64,000 nucleotides of DNA from an uncultured bacterium (GCA_963695335.1 OY968764.1:448001-512000), one strand, 5' to 3'; positions 1 to 10,612 are shown, numbered from the stretch's first letter. The notes: generated by a model not told the origin, from the sequence alone. Made by a program: numbers and translations.

Positions 1-533
1 AGAGCCAGCCTTGCATCATCATTTATTAATGCTTTGGCTAAAAGATCATTAGCATTAATTGATTTTTGAAAGCACGCCAACCATTGTTTTGATGCTTTCA
101 TATTTAAAGTTTTTACCACTAATGGCTTATTTATTTTAAATTTATGCGAAAGCGTTAGTGCAATAGTATCAATAGCGCCTTGTTCAGAGAGAAAAAAAAC
201 ACTGTTTTTTGTGATTAAGGAGATGGCTCTAACATCATGCACTGCTTGCGCAAAATCATCGTTGTTTTGAATTAAGTGACGTGTCACAATGGCATTAATG
301 TCGATAATATCTAAAGGAGAATGCAGAGCAAAGCCCAGCTCCCTTTTATCATCCTGATGAATATAAGATTCCTTTTTGCCATGAGAAAGATTCAGTGAAC
401 CTAATTGATTAGGAGTGAAAGTTGATGAGTCAATATGTCTTTTTTTTGCATTTTGAGTATGTTGAACAACTTCCAATTCCATTGAGAATAGAGATACACT
501 CATAAATGAGAGTATTAATGATGCTTTTTGCAT
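1..533 (-). CDS. Secreted protein, partial (runs off window start), possibly ankyrin-type effector
   Basis: Manual translation from ATG at 533: MQKASLILSFMSVSLFS-MELEVVQ... stays open to position 1; signal peptide; missing from ORF track because its stop is outside the window. Confidence 0.7.
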   Translation of the reverse strand, partial: MQKASLILSFMSVSLFSMELEVVQHTQNAKKRHIDSSTFTPNQLGSLNLSHGKKESYIHQDDKRELGFALHSPLDIIDINAIVTRHLIQNNDDFAQAVHDVRAISLITKNSVFFLSEQGAIDTIALTLSHKFKINKPLVVKTLNMKASKQWLACFQKSINANDLLAKALINDDARLA

Positions 534-1957
534 ATAAATCCTGTTTAGTGAAATTTAATATATAAAAAATACGTGAAAAAGATGTGAGCATGAAAATGTG
601 GTTATGTTGACATGATAAAATCCTTTTGAAAAAATTCACACTGTGTAGTTATTAAGAAAAATAATAATATAAATCGCTCAAAGAGTAAATAGCAAATAAG
701 TCATTGAAATTATTTTTTTATATTGTTTGTTGTTTTTATTATTATTTTTATATAAAGCAACAATGTGTTTTGAGCGAAAAACAGAAGGGTAGGTATATTT
801 TTGTTGCAATATGTGAGTATGCAACAAGCATATTTTCAGGAATAATATTGAAAATTTAGTGGTAGATCCAATTGCTGACTGATTTATGGTATATATATCA
901 AAATAATTGATGATAAAAATAGATGAAAAACGTAGATAGTATTAGTAAGATATCATGTAATTTGTGTATTTTAGAGATTATTGAAAAAATATCATGAAAC
1001 TAAACAAGCCCCTTAGCATACAGCGTAAGGGGTTGGTTTTTATGTTAAATTTATTTGAGTTCACTAGAGGTCTTTGCCCCGCGTTGCATTAATATACGTA
1101 TTGCACCAGTTTTTCCGAGGGATTCTGCATAGTCCAATGGGGTTTGCATGTCTTTGCCATCAGGGTTAGCTTTAAGATTTATGTCTGCGCCAGCATTTAA
1201 TAAATTTTCGATTCCATCGTTCGCCACTTTGCTATTGTTATTCATCCAGATCGCAAAAAATAATGCTGGCATAGGAGAAAGATTACGTACTTCTGTAGTT
1301 ATATTCTGATTAATATCTATTCCATTCTTGAGGCAAAAGGTAATTACATTTTTGTCCCATTCATAAGAGCCATTATTCCATATTTTATCTATTATTTTAT
1401 CATAACCATGAAGTTTAAGCTGTTGTATTAATTCAAAAAAATCAGCCCTTATTTGTGAGGAACGAATGATCTCAAGTCCATTTTTTTGAATCATGTCTGC
1501 TATGGTTGGTACCTTCGAACCGTTATTCAAAATTTTAACACCAGCAAAATCTACTCCTTTAGCAACAAGCGATGACATAGTCTTGAGTATTAGAGGGTCA
1601 GTATTAGTTGATCTATAGGATCCCTGCATATTATTAAAAACATCCACAACAGCTTGAGCAACTGATTTTCCTTTGTAAGGAATATCAGTTTTTGCTCCAG
1701 ATTCAAGCAATGCATTTACTATGCCAAATTTTCCAAGTAATAATGCCTGCCATAAAGGTGTTTTACCATCCGATTCAACATTATTTATGTCAGCACCTGC
1801 GCTAATTGCTTTCTTAGCTCCCTCTATTGAACCATCAAGTATGGCCTTCATTAGTTGTGATTGAATTTCGGGGTTGACTGTAGGTTGGGTTGTTGGTTGT
1901 ATGGGAGTTATGGTTGTTGTTTGTATCCCCTTGGACTTTTCTTCTTCTTTTGTTCTA

Positions 1958-2807
1958 GGTTCTGTTGAGTTTTTGAAAAGATAAGTTTTGAAGTATGATA
2001 ACACCGAAAAAGCAAAAACCAAATCACTAAAACGGTGCTATCATGAAAAAAGAGTATATCAGCGAAATGGCCTGGAGCAAAATTTTTAATTTTTTAAAAC
2101 AGCAAAAAAACATTTATATAAAAGAAGAAAAGGACTGTAAAAAGTTTATAGAAGGGACATTTTGGATGGCAAGAACAGGAGCACAATGGAGAGAGTTGCC
2201 GGAAAAATATGGAAATTGGAATAGTGTGTTCAGCAGATTTAATGCTTGGTCAAAAAAACATATTTGGGAAAAATTACTCAGTTTTTGTGCAGAGGATCCC
2301 GATATGGAATATGTAATGATTGATGCCACGATAGTCCGCGCACATGCCTGTTCTGCTGGATATGATCAATTTAAAAATGAAGGACTGGGAAGAAGTAAAG
2401 GTGGTTTTACAAGTAAGATACATGCAACAGTAGATGCTTTAGGCAATCCTTTAAGATTTGTTATTACTCCTGGTCAGCGTAATGATATTACTCAGGCTGA
2501 TATTTTATTAAAAGATATTTCTGAATCATATGTAATAGCGGATAAAGGATATGATTCCACTGAATTACGTTCGAAATTAATAGAAAAAAATTGTGTTCCC
2601 GTTATTCCTCCAAGATCCAATCGTAAAGAACAATATCAATATGATGAACATCTATATAAAGAGAGACATGCGATTGAATGCTTGTTTTCAAAGATAAAAC
2701 ACTTTAGAAGAGTGTTTGCTCGTTTTGATAAATCGGCACGAAATTTTTTATCTTTTCTTTCTTTTGTGGGAACTTGCATATGGTTACGATGAAAACTCAA
2801 CAGAACC
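1958..2807 (+). mobile_element. IS5-family insertion sequence, 850 bp
   Basis: Perfect 16-bp terminal inverted repeats GGTTCTGTTGAGTTTT / AAAACTCAACAGAACC; TA duplication at 1956-1957 and 2808-2809. Confidence 0.92.
2043..2792 (+). CDS. IS5-family DDE transposase
   Basis: Motifs TGAQWRELP..YGNW, IDATIVRAH, GRSKGGFTSKIH, ADKGYDS, YKERHAIECLFSKIKHFRR. Confidence 0.93.
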   Translation: MKKEYISEMAWSKIFNFLKQQKNIYIKEEKDCKKFIEGTFWMARTGAQWRELPEKYGNWNSVFSRFNAWSKKHIWEKLLSFCAEDPDMEYVMIDATIVRAHACSAGYDQFKNEGLGRSKGGFTSKIHATVDALGNPLRFVITPGQRNDITQADILLKDISESYVIADKGYDSTELRSKLIEKNCVPVIPPRSNRKEQYQYDEHLYKERHAIECLFSKIKHFRRVFARFDKSARNFLSFLSFVGTCIWLR

Positions 2808-3007
2808 TAGTTTGTTGTGTTTTAGCAATATGTTCACCAGCTTTTTGTGCTGCTTTTTCAAGTGCTGATAGAGTTTCTTCTAATGATGTTTTTTTATTCT
2901 TATTAGGTATTTCCGTTGCAAAAATGAGTGTTGAATATATGCCTAAACAAGCAAATAAAGTTTTGAGTAGTTTTACATTACACATAAAAATATCCATTAA
3001 TGGTGTT

Positions 3008-4648
3008 TTATAATTTTAAATTTTTATAAACCTTTTTTCTTAAGCCAATTTCGTGAATTTTAATTTCATGGTTTGCATCATCGACTGAAAAAATAATTCT
3101 ATAGCCGCCAATGCGTAATCGGTATTTGCCAGATCCATCTTTAAGTTTTTTTACATCACAACCATGATTAGGCCAATTTTTAAGTTGTTTTATACCATTC
3201 TTTATTGTGTCATTGAGTAATCGAGCGTTAATTTTTTTATCGATTAAAATTTCATATTGATTCTGTGCAGAAGAGGATGTAATGTTTGCAGTTTTAGGGG
3301 TTGAGGCGATATAGCTAGGAGTATTGGTTATTGGAGTTATTGATGCAGTTGATGTTGGAATTGTTGTCGATGTAGTCGATGTTGCTAAAGTAGTATTTAC
3401 AGGGGTTGTTTCTTCTGGTTCAGGTAAGGATGATTTTGTTTTTGAGGGTTCGGTGGATGTTTGAGGAGCAGTTTGTGTAGGTGTTGTTTGTGCCAACTGT
3501 TTGCCGCTTTTAATTGTTTGTTTTTTCGGTTCAATTTTTTTTGGCTGTTTTTTCCCCTGTTGTATTGTCTTTTTTTGTTGTTTTTGCAACTTTTCTTCAT
3601 TTAATTCTACAATAAAAGCGCGCATATTTTCATCAGCTTGTTTTTGAGAAATGATTGATATGCCATATTGGCTAAATAAATGTAATATGGCATTATTTCC
3701 TTTATCATAGGCTATATCTAAAGGTGTAATGCCGTACACGCTTTCTGCATTAATGTCGGCATTGGCAATGAGTAATGATTTGCAAATCTCTATATTTCCA
3801 AACCAAACAGCTGTATGTAAAGGGGTAAAGCCGCCAATTGTTTTTGAATTTACATCAGCACCTTTTTTTATAAGATAATTTACAATATTGAGATGTTGAG
3901 CTTTACAGGCAATATTGAGTGGAGTTGCTCCATCAGTCATTGTTTTTTCTTCTATATTAGCCTTAGCATCAACTAAGAGACGTACAATATTCAGTGTTCC
4001 AAATTGACAGGCTGCATGAAGTGCGCTTCTATTTTTTTTGTCTACAATATTTACATTAGCTCCTTTTTTGATTAAAAAATCAACGATTTGATCATGTTTA
4101 TATTCACAGGCAAATATTAAAGGAGTTACGCCTCTACCATTTTGAATATCTTTGTCGGCATCATGATCAATTAAAGTTTTTACAAGATCTAATAGACCTA
4201 ATTCACATACAAGATGGAGGGGCGTTCCTAGGTCTGTGTTTTGAATATTTGCATTTGCACCATTGTTGAGCAAAAGATTTACAATAGATATACGTTTAAA
4301 TTGACAGGCAAGATATAATGGAGAATCTCCTTCTTTAGACTGAGCATTTACATCAGCTCCTAGTTCAATCAAAAGTTTTGCTATATTAAAATCATTTTGT
4401 GCGCAAGCATAGAATAATGGGGTACCGCCCGTGGCATCACGAGCATTTGCATCAGCGCCTTGTTGGATAAAATATTCTATATTACTAGGGAGAGGTTTCT
4501 CTTTTTTACATTCACTAAATAATAGGTTGTTTAAAATAGTTTGTTTTTTTTCCAGTTGTTTTTCATTTGATTCCATTGTTAGTGTTAATGGTGCATAGCT
4601 CAGTAAGGCTGTCCATAGTATAGATAAACAAATAGTTTTACAATTCAT
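3008..4648 (-). CDS. Secreted ankyrin-repeat protein with C-terminal RelE/ParE-like domain
   Basis: Signal peptide, about 8 ankyrin repeats (GxTPL...A), T/P/S-rich linker, then DVKKLKDGSGKYRLRIGGYRIIFSVDD...IHEIGLRKKVY. Confidence 0.85.
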   Translation of the reverse strand: MNCKTICLSILWTALLSYAPLTLTMESNEKQLEKKQTILNNLLFSECKKEKPLPSNIEYFIQQGADANARDATGGTPLFYACAQNDFNIAKLLIELGADVNAQSKEGDSPLYLACQFKRISIVNLLLNNGANANIQNTDLGTPLHLVCELGLLDLVKTLIDHDADKDIQNGRGVTPLIFACEYKHDQIVDFLIKKGANVNIVDKKNRSALHAACQFGTLNIVRLLVDAKANIEEKTMTDGATPLNIACKAQHLNIVNYLIKKGADVNSKTIGGFTPLHTAVWFGNIEICKSLLIANADINAESVYGITPLDIAYDKGNNAILHLFSQYGISIISQKQADENMRAFIVELNEEKLQKQQKKTIQQGKKQPKKIEPKKQTIKSGKQLAQTTPTQTAPQTSTEPSKTKSSLPEPEETTPVNTTLATSTTSTTIPTSTASITPITNTPSYIASTPKTANITSSSAQNQYEILIDKKINARLLNDTIKNGIKQLKNWPNHGCDVKKLKDGSGKYRLRIGGYRIIFSVDDANHEIKIHEIGLRKKVYKNLKL

Positions 4649-5079
4649 ATTAATCCTTTAGAAAACAGTATTACCAATTCATTTTTAATTTAGGATAATA
4701 GCCATGAAATTCTCTTTGGTTATAAACACTGTTTTTTTATGATTTAACAATCAGGAATGCAAAATCAATAGTTGGGATAATGATTCATTACCCTTTTTTC
4801 TCATTGCAAATTTTTTTCAAGACTAAAGACACATCACTTTTCATACCAATTACATGATATAGGTGTATTTTTTTTGCCATTTGTTCTCTTGTAGTTCATG
4901 CACACTGAACATGTGATTTTTTGTCAGGTGTTGAACTGTCTCCAAGTTGTCGACAGTTTGTTTACGACAGTCTTGATAAACCGTGCCTTAAAGGTAAAGG
5001 CGCAAGTTAAAGTATTAAATATCATCGTGTTTTGGAGCTTGATATTGTGGTTTGTCTCAATGATTACGGACTTCCATAT

Positions 5080-5612
5080 TTATAATTTATCCTCATAGTA
5101 GAAATACTTATCTTTGAGTCTTCGATAGGTATCGTAATGCATTTTAGGGGGTTTTTTATATGCGTCGAGATCTCCGCCTTTTTGTTTGATGAGTTCTTTA
5201 ACTTTATCTTGCATATGAGCATGGCGCCATGTAGGACATAGGCGTTGGCTGGCATAGCTTAGGTTTAGACAGTTCCTGCAAAGAAAAATACTCTGCTCGG
5301 CAAAATAAAGAAAACGCATGCGTTTTTGGCATAATGGGCATTTAAAAAAATAGCGAAATCCGCCATAATTACAGGTTAATTTGTCTATAGCTATCATATA
5401 AGAGCAATTTTTACGATTTCTATAGGTTATTTTAAGTGATTGGGGTATGCATCAGCTTTGACGTCCAGTGGTTTTACCATGAAGCCGGTTATAGAGCGTT
5501 TTTTGGTGTTTTCTTTATAAAGTTTGAATGAGTCAATGGATGGTAGATTTGAGCAAAGCTTTTTTCGTACATGCTTCTTTTTTACTTTCCAATACCAGCC
5601 CCAATGTGTCAT
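5080..5612 (-). CDS. Zn-ribbon hypothetical protein, one frameshift near 5430
   Basis: ORFs 5427-5612 and 5080-5397 join if one A is added in a short A-run (HLKITYRNRKNCSYMIAID); GGFRYFFKCPLC and CRNC motifs. Confidence 0.6.
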
Positions 5613-5803
5613 AAAATTTCCTTTATCGAAATAGATAGGTAAACCAGTCTTTAGGGTAAGATTATCCCTGATTTATAGGATATTAGCTATTACAATTAGG
5701 GGAAAAGTCGATAGGATCACTATTCCTTGGGGGCCTTTGACAGCTTTTATGCGATATGGCAACCTAAAAATAGGGAAATATTGTTTATTTAAGGGGGTTT
5801 TTT

Positions 5804-6190
5804 ATGAAAAATTTAAGGCTATTATCACCATTATTATTGTTATCAGCCATTCTATTGTTGTGTGGTTGTGGTGTTAAAAAGAAGCAATTATTGTCTACTA
5901 TTTCAAAGGGTATGCCTAAATATGAGATTAAAAAGAAGATGGGCAAACCTGTCGAGACTAGTACAACAATAAATTTGTATGGACAAGAAACTGAGGTATG
6001 GAAATATAGGCTTGCTACGGTTGATGAAAATCAAAGAGGCAAAAGGATAACGGTAACCGTTGTATCAGCAATATTTTTCTGGCCAGGTCTCTTTGCACTT
6101 CCCTTTATGGATTCTAAATATGATTATGATAACTATTTTGTAGAATTTCAAAATAATCATGTTCGTAGATGGGGAAAAAGTGTTGACTGA
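5804..6190 (+). CDS. Putative lipoprotein (SmpA/OmlA-like motif)
   Basis: Lipobox LCGC; ISKGM...MGKP...EVWKY pattern. Confidence 0.65.
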   Translation: MKNLRLLSPLLLLSAILLLCGCGVKKKQLLSTISKGMPKYEIKKKMGKPVETSTTINLYGQETEVWKYRLATVDENQRGKRITVTVVSAIFFWPGLFALPFMDSKYDYDNYFVEFQNNHVRRWGKSVD

Positions 6191-6245
6191 AGAACGCATA
6201 TAATTTTTAGAAAATTGAAGAAATTGCAATAACCAAAGGAAAAAT

Positions 6246-6596
6246 ATGAGAAAATTAATATTAATCACGTTAATGACATTGATCATTGGATTAGGACACA
6301 ATCAGCTTAATGCTGAAATGCGATATGATCCCGTGCAAAATGTTTTGTATTCACATCCACAGGATTCAAGTATCAATCATGTTGAATATGTGGGGCTTAT
6401 TGTGGCTTGTATTGAATTAAGTAATCGTCTTGTAGCAATGAATAATGGAAGACAAATACCGATAAAAGAAGACCTAGAACAAGCGTACGTTTATTTAAAG
6501 TCTGTCGGAACTCCTACGGCCCTTAGACTTATAAAAGATCTAAAGGCAAATGCTATTTATTATAAGAATGGCGCTTTTATGCGCAAGATATATTAA
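6246..6596 (+). CDS. Secreted hypothetical protein
   Basis: AAGGA RBS; signal peptide ending LNA. Confidence 0.65.
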   Translation: MRKLILITLMTLIIGLGHNQLNAEMRYDPVQNVLYSHPQDSSINHVEYVGLIVACIELSNRLVAMNNGRQIPIKEDLEQAYVYLKSVGTPTALRLIKDLKANAIYYKNGAFMRKIY

Positions 6597-6626
6597 ATAA
6601 ACAAGTATTATTGATTTAAGAGATAT

Positions 6627-6725
6627 TTATAAGCTGGCTTTTCGTAATTGAGTATTAAATTCTAGAACTAGTGGTGCCATTTTTTTCCAATTAAAAGTTC
6701 GAAGTGTATCGCATGTCTTCCACCA
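6627..6725 (-). other. Putative attR of a left-hand island carrying an orphan recombinase tail
   Basis: TCCACCA (6719-6725), followed by the same REP that follows tRNA 3' ends; minus strand reads WWKTCDTLRTFNWKKMAPLVLEFNTQLRKASL*. Confidence 0.5.
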
Positions 6726-6887
6726 GTCTTCGCCCTTACAGGCTTCGTCTGGCTGCGCCGCAAAAGAAAGAGTTAGCAAATATAAAAAGTTTGATAGCAG
6801 AAGGCGAAGACTGTCCGACGTAGCTTTAGCGTAGACGGACGGCTTGGTACGGTTTGCCCTTCGTAGCTTGTTAGAGCGTAGTAGGGC
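6723..6887. repeat. Cluster of three family-A REP-like hairpins
   Basis: Core CG(T/A)AGC-loop-GCG(T/A/G)AG with complementary flanks starting at 6723, 6813 and 6856. Confidence 0.75.
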
Positions 6888-6910
6888 CAGCTTCTTAAAG
6901 GTCATTATAT

Positions 6911-6943
6911 AAAAGAGGTTTGGAATTTTCCAAACCTCTTTTT
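6911..6943. terminator. Intrinsic terminator, bidirectional shape
   Basis: AAAAGAGGTTTGGAA-TT-TTCCAAACCTCTTTTT. Confidence 0.75.
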
Positions 6944-6969
6944 GTTATCACGTAAAATTAATTTTCAAT

Positions 6970-8073
6970 TTAATCACATTTTTTCAACTGAATCACATCC
7001 ACCACATTTGAAGTGTAATTAGTCACATACGCATATCTGCTATTTGGGGAAATTGCAATATTAGCAGGTGATTGGTCAACAGCAATTGTTGGTGAGATCA
7101 ATTTTTTATGATGCACATCAATAATATTAACAGTTCCTTGTCCCGCAGTCAGATCAGTGAAACTTGAGCCTGCGTATAACGTATTATAATTGGTTACGTA
7201 TGCATGATGACCATCTGGAGCAATGGCAATGCCTGCTGGTTGTATTCCAACTTCAATTGTTTTATCGATATTTAATCCACATAAATTAACAATACTGACT
7301 GTGGTGCCAAATGGTGCAAAATTGTTGCTGCCAAAATTGGTGACGTATGCGTATTTTCCGTTTGGTGTAATTGCAATACCAAATGGTCCAGAGAATCCAT
7401 TAACCGTTGCTGTTACCGTGTTAGTACTTGTTTTAATAACACTCATTGTTCCTGTTCCTGGATTGCCATCAACATAATTAACGGTGTATACAAATTTGCC
7501 ATTCGGTGATATTGCAATTGCGGCAGGGGCTAGGCCTACAGTGATTGGGGATCCAATGATCATGTTGGTTGTTAAATCAACAACGCGTACTGTTGTGCCA
7601 TTTCCACTGCCCACACCACCTGGAGCACCATAGTTATTAACATATCCAAATTTTCCATCAGGAGTTATTGCCATACCAGATGGGCCATCAAAACCATTAA
7701 TAACACCAATAACTTGGTTGGTTTTTGTAGAAATGATGGTGATTGTTGTACTGTTACTATTGGTGACATATGCTCTGTGGCCGGATGGGTTAATGGTGAC
7801 GGTATACGGTTGATTAAAACTGGCATCAAAAATAGTTGTTTTTACGGTGTTATTTTTTAGGTCTAATACAGTTACAGAGTCTTCTCCAGCAATTCCATAG
7901 TTGTTGTTATTGGCAACGTATGCTTTATGACCACTTGGAGTAACTGCTATTCCTGCAGGGGTAACTCCTGTATTCATTACTGCAACGACGGCATTATGAT
8001 CTGCCATGAGGTGTGCGGATGTGAATAAACATAAAAAACCTAAGAAATAGGTTGTTTGATTGGTGCGGTTCAT
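6970..8073 (-). CDS. YncE/YVTN beta-propeller repeat protein, secreted
   Basis: Seven PxGIAITPxG..AYVTN repeats; signal peptide. Confidence 0.9.
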   Translation of the reverse strand: MNRTNQTTYFLGFLCLFTSAHLMADHNAVVAVMNTGVTPAGIAVTPSGHKAYVANNNNYGIAGEDSVTVLDLKNNTVKTTIFDASFNQPYTVTINPSGHRAYVTNSNSTTITIISTKTNQVIGVINGFDGPSGMAITPDGKFGYVNNYGAPGGVGSGNGTTVRVVDLTTNMIIGSPITVGLAPAAIAISPNGKFVYTVNYVDGNPGTGTMSVIKTSTNTVTATVNGFSGPFGIAITPNGKYAYVTNFGSNNFAPFGTTVSIVNLCGLNIDKTIEVGIQPAGIAIAPDGHHAYVTNYNTLYAGSSFTDLTAGQGTVNIIDVHHKKLISPTIAVDQSPANIAISPNSRYAYVTNYTSNVVDVIQLKKCD

Positions 8074-8143
8074 CAGGTCTCCTTTAGAAAATAGTGTTAT
8101 AATTGGTTGTATTATATAGTCTTATTTTTTGAAATGTCGAGCG

Positions 8144-9163
8144 TTACGTTGAAACTGCTTCCTTTCTAACTTCTTTTGCTGGTTTATCATCACGTAACCC
8201 TAAATAACTTGCATGACGTAGTTTGTTATCTTTTGTCCATTCTTCGAACTGTATTTCACATACTAATAGTGGTTTAACCCAATGAACGCTTTTTGTTGAA
8301 TCATCGTAATTATGGAAGGGATTTTTTTTGATTTCATATTTTGTCATTTTTGCACCAAGTTCTTTGAGTATTGTTGCATCAAATCCCGTACCAACTTTTC
8401 CTGCATAGTGGAGTTTGCCATTTTCATAATAACCAAGCAGTAATGCGCCAAAACGTAATTGAGGGTTTGTGGATTCAGTGTATCCTCCAATAACTAATTC
8501 TTGTTCATTGACGCATTTAAGTTTAGTCCAATTGGCTGATCTTTTTGAAACATATAAACCGTTTCTTTTTTTTGCAATCAATCCTTCCCATTGTGCTTTA
8601 CACGCTTGTTTAAAATAGGTTTTTCCTTTTTCATTTTTGTGAGTAACATAACGAATGATCCCTTTAAATGGAATGAGGTATTTTAAAAGACGTTTGCGTG
8701 TAATCAATGGTAGATGCGTTACCATATGACCATCGCAATAAAGAATGTCGAATATATAGTAATAGATATGCAGTTTTGATTTTATTGCTTTAGAAGCTTC
8801 ATCGGTACCAAATCGTTTTTGTAATAATGAAAAACTTGTAATACCATGTTTCATTGCTACTATTTCTCCATCAAGGATGCAATTTGGGAGAGATAGCTTT
8901 TGTAAAGCATGTACAATTTCTGGATAACTTTTATTAAGATGTTTATCGTTACGTGATTTTAGAATAATGGAATCACCTTTTTTATATAAAAAACAGCGTT
9001 CACCATCCAGTTTTCTTTCAAATATCCAATCTTTATTATTAAATGGTTTGTTGTCAGTTAATTTTGCGAGCATTGGTTTGATAAAAGAAGGCATTGCTTT
9101 TTTGTGGATTAGTTTTCTTTCATCTGGAGAAAGTAGTTGCAATAAATCGACGGTCTTTTGCAT
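8144..9163 (-). CDS. ligD: NHEJ ATP-dependent DNA ligase (LigD ligase domain only)
   Basis: ERKLDGER motif I, LDGEIV, EGLIAK, GKVGTGF, LRHASYLGLRDDK; divergent from ku. Confidence 0.9.
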   Translation of the reverse strand: MQKTVDLLQLLSPDERKLIHKKAMPSFIKPMLAKLTDNKPFNNKDWIFERKLDGERCFLYKKGDSIILKSRNDKHLNKSYPEIVHALQKLSLPNCILDGEIVAMKHGITSFSLLQKRFGTDEASKAIKSKLHIYYYIFDILYCDGHMVTHLPLITRKRLLKYLIPFKGIIRYVTHKNEKGKTYFKQACKAQWEGLIAKKRNGLYVSKRSANWTKLKCVNEQELVIGGYTESTNPQLRFGALLLGYYENGKLHYAGKVGTGFDATILKELGAKMTKYEIKKNPFHNYDDSTKSVHWVKPLLVCEIQFEEWTKDNKLRHASYLGLRDDKPAKEVRKEAVST

Positions 9164-9217
9164 GCTTGCCTCAATAAAATAATTTTTGATTTTATTGTAA
9201 AAAAAAAGGAGAAGATA

Positions 9218-10003
9218 ATGAAAGCAATTTGGTCTGGTTCAATTTCTTTTGGCTTGTTGAATATACCCGTCTATCTGTATTCAGCGATAAGTGAGCATAA
9301 ATTTGGTTTTAAAATATTATGTGGAACATGTCATACGCCATTGAAGAATGTACGGTGGTGCGAACATTGCAAAAAAGAAGTAGCGTGGGATGATACCGTT
9401 AAAGGTTTTAAAAAAGATGATGGTAAATTTATTGTTATGACTCAAGAAGCAATAAAAAAACTAAAACCAGAAAAAATGGATATTCTTGAAATTAAAGAGT
9501 TTGTGCCGCAATCAGAGGTGGAAATGCTCTATATTTCTGGCCATTATTATATGGCTCCCAAAAATGAAAAAGATAAAGCATTTTATCTGTTTGCCCAAGC
9601 GCTTGAAAAAGCAAAAAAAGTTGCGATAGGGACTTTTGTGATGCGTGATAAAGAGTATGTTGTGGCAATCAATTTTTATAAAAATATATTGCTTCTTAAT
9701 ACATTACATTATCAATATGAGATACGGCATTTTGAACTGAAAGAGATGAAAAAAGTTAAGGTAACAAAAGAAGAGTTAGATCTTGCTTTGTTATTGATTA
9801 ATAAGCTGACACATAAAACCTTCAAGTTAGATGCGTATAAAGATCAGTTTGTAGAAAAGCTGAAAAAAGCAGTTAAAACTGCCAAAACAACAAAAAAAAC
9901 TAAGGCAGCAAAAGGTAAAAAAGTTGTTAAAAAGAAAGTGGAAAAGAAGAAAACGCTTGTTTCATCGTTAAAAGAAAGTTTGGGAAAAGAAGCGCGCGCG
10001 TAA
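9218..10003 (+). CDS. ku: NHEJ Ku protein
   Basis: MKAIWSGSISFGLLNIPVYLY N-terminus; Lys-rich tail; AGGAG RBS before ATG 9218. Confidence 0.93.
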   Translation: MKAIWSGSISFGLLNIPVYLYSAISEHKFGFKILCGTCHTPLKNVRWCEHCKKEVAWDDTVKGFKKDDGKFIVMTQEAIKKLKPEKMDILEIKEFVPQSEVEMLYISGHYYMAPKNEKDKAFYLFAQALEKAKKVAIGTFVMRDKEYVVAINFYKNILLLNTLHYQYEIRHFELKEMKKVKVTKEELDLALLLINKLTHKTFKLDAYKDQFVEKLKKAVKTAKTTKKTKAAKGKKVVKKKVEKKKTLVSSLKESLGKEARA

Positions 10004-10060
10004 TATGAAAAAATAGTGTATACTACTGCACAATATTATTTTAATCATACGGAGTGCTTC

Positions 10061-10537
10061 ATGAAAATGTTCAAAATATTGTTAGCAGTTGCAATGGTAA
10101 CTGGTATTTTTTCTCATGTTATTGCAGATGAAAATGTTCCAATGGTAACTGATGGAGTTATTGATTTGGAGCAATATTTATTTGGTGATGTTGATAGCAA
10201 TGGGCAAACTATTTTGCACAGGCTTGCTGCTAATTGTGATAATGATGACTTTACGGTACGCCTTAAACCGTTTGATTTTGTAGAAAATGTTGAAAAATCA
10301 GAAAGTTTTAAACATTTACAAGTTAAAATGGCACTATGTAATGCTATGTCAAAAGACATTGCACAGGCTTTTGTGATGGTGGAGCTGAATGATTTTGTAC
10401 AAAAAAAAGATAATAATGGTGAAACAGCTTTAGATATTGCAAAAAAACGTAATGTGCTCAATTCTCACAAAAGATGTACGTCTTGTGTGGAATTTTTGAA
10501 TATCTTTGATGAACTTAATAAACAAATTAATAAGTAA
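10061..10537 (+). CDS. Secreted protein with degenerate ankyrin motifs
   Basis: Signal peptide; NGQTILHRLA, NGETALDIA. Confidence 0.7.
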   Translation: MKMFKILLAVAMVTGIFSHVIADENVPMVTDGVIDLEQYLFGDVDSNGQTILHRLAANCDNDDFTVRLKPFDFVENVEKSESFKHLQVKMALCNAMSKDIAQAFVMVELNDFVQKKDNNGETALDIAKKRNVLNSHKRCTSCVEFLNIFDELNKQINK

Positions 10538-10612
10538 AATTGAGAGAAAAAAGTACTCAAAAGGCTTAGGTTCTACCTGAGCCTTTTTTTTAAGATCAAA
10601 TAAGGAGTATCC

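Larger units (their letters stand above)
1051..2997 (-). pseudogene. Secreted ankyrin-repeat protein interrupted by an IS
   Basis: N-terminal part (2797-2997, signal peptide) and C-terminal ankyrin part (GKTPLWQA, QTPLDYA) rejoin in frame as KTQQT-R-TKEEEK once the IS and one TA are removed. Confidence 0.85.

Noticed and set aside
430..639. 69-aa ORF from the track
   Set aside because: Overlaps out of frame a better ORF (1-533) that has a signal peptide
6627..6905. 92-aa ORF as a real gene
   Set aside because: Its first two thirds run through REP hairpins; only the last 32 codons are interpretable
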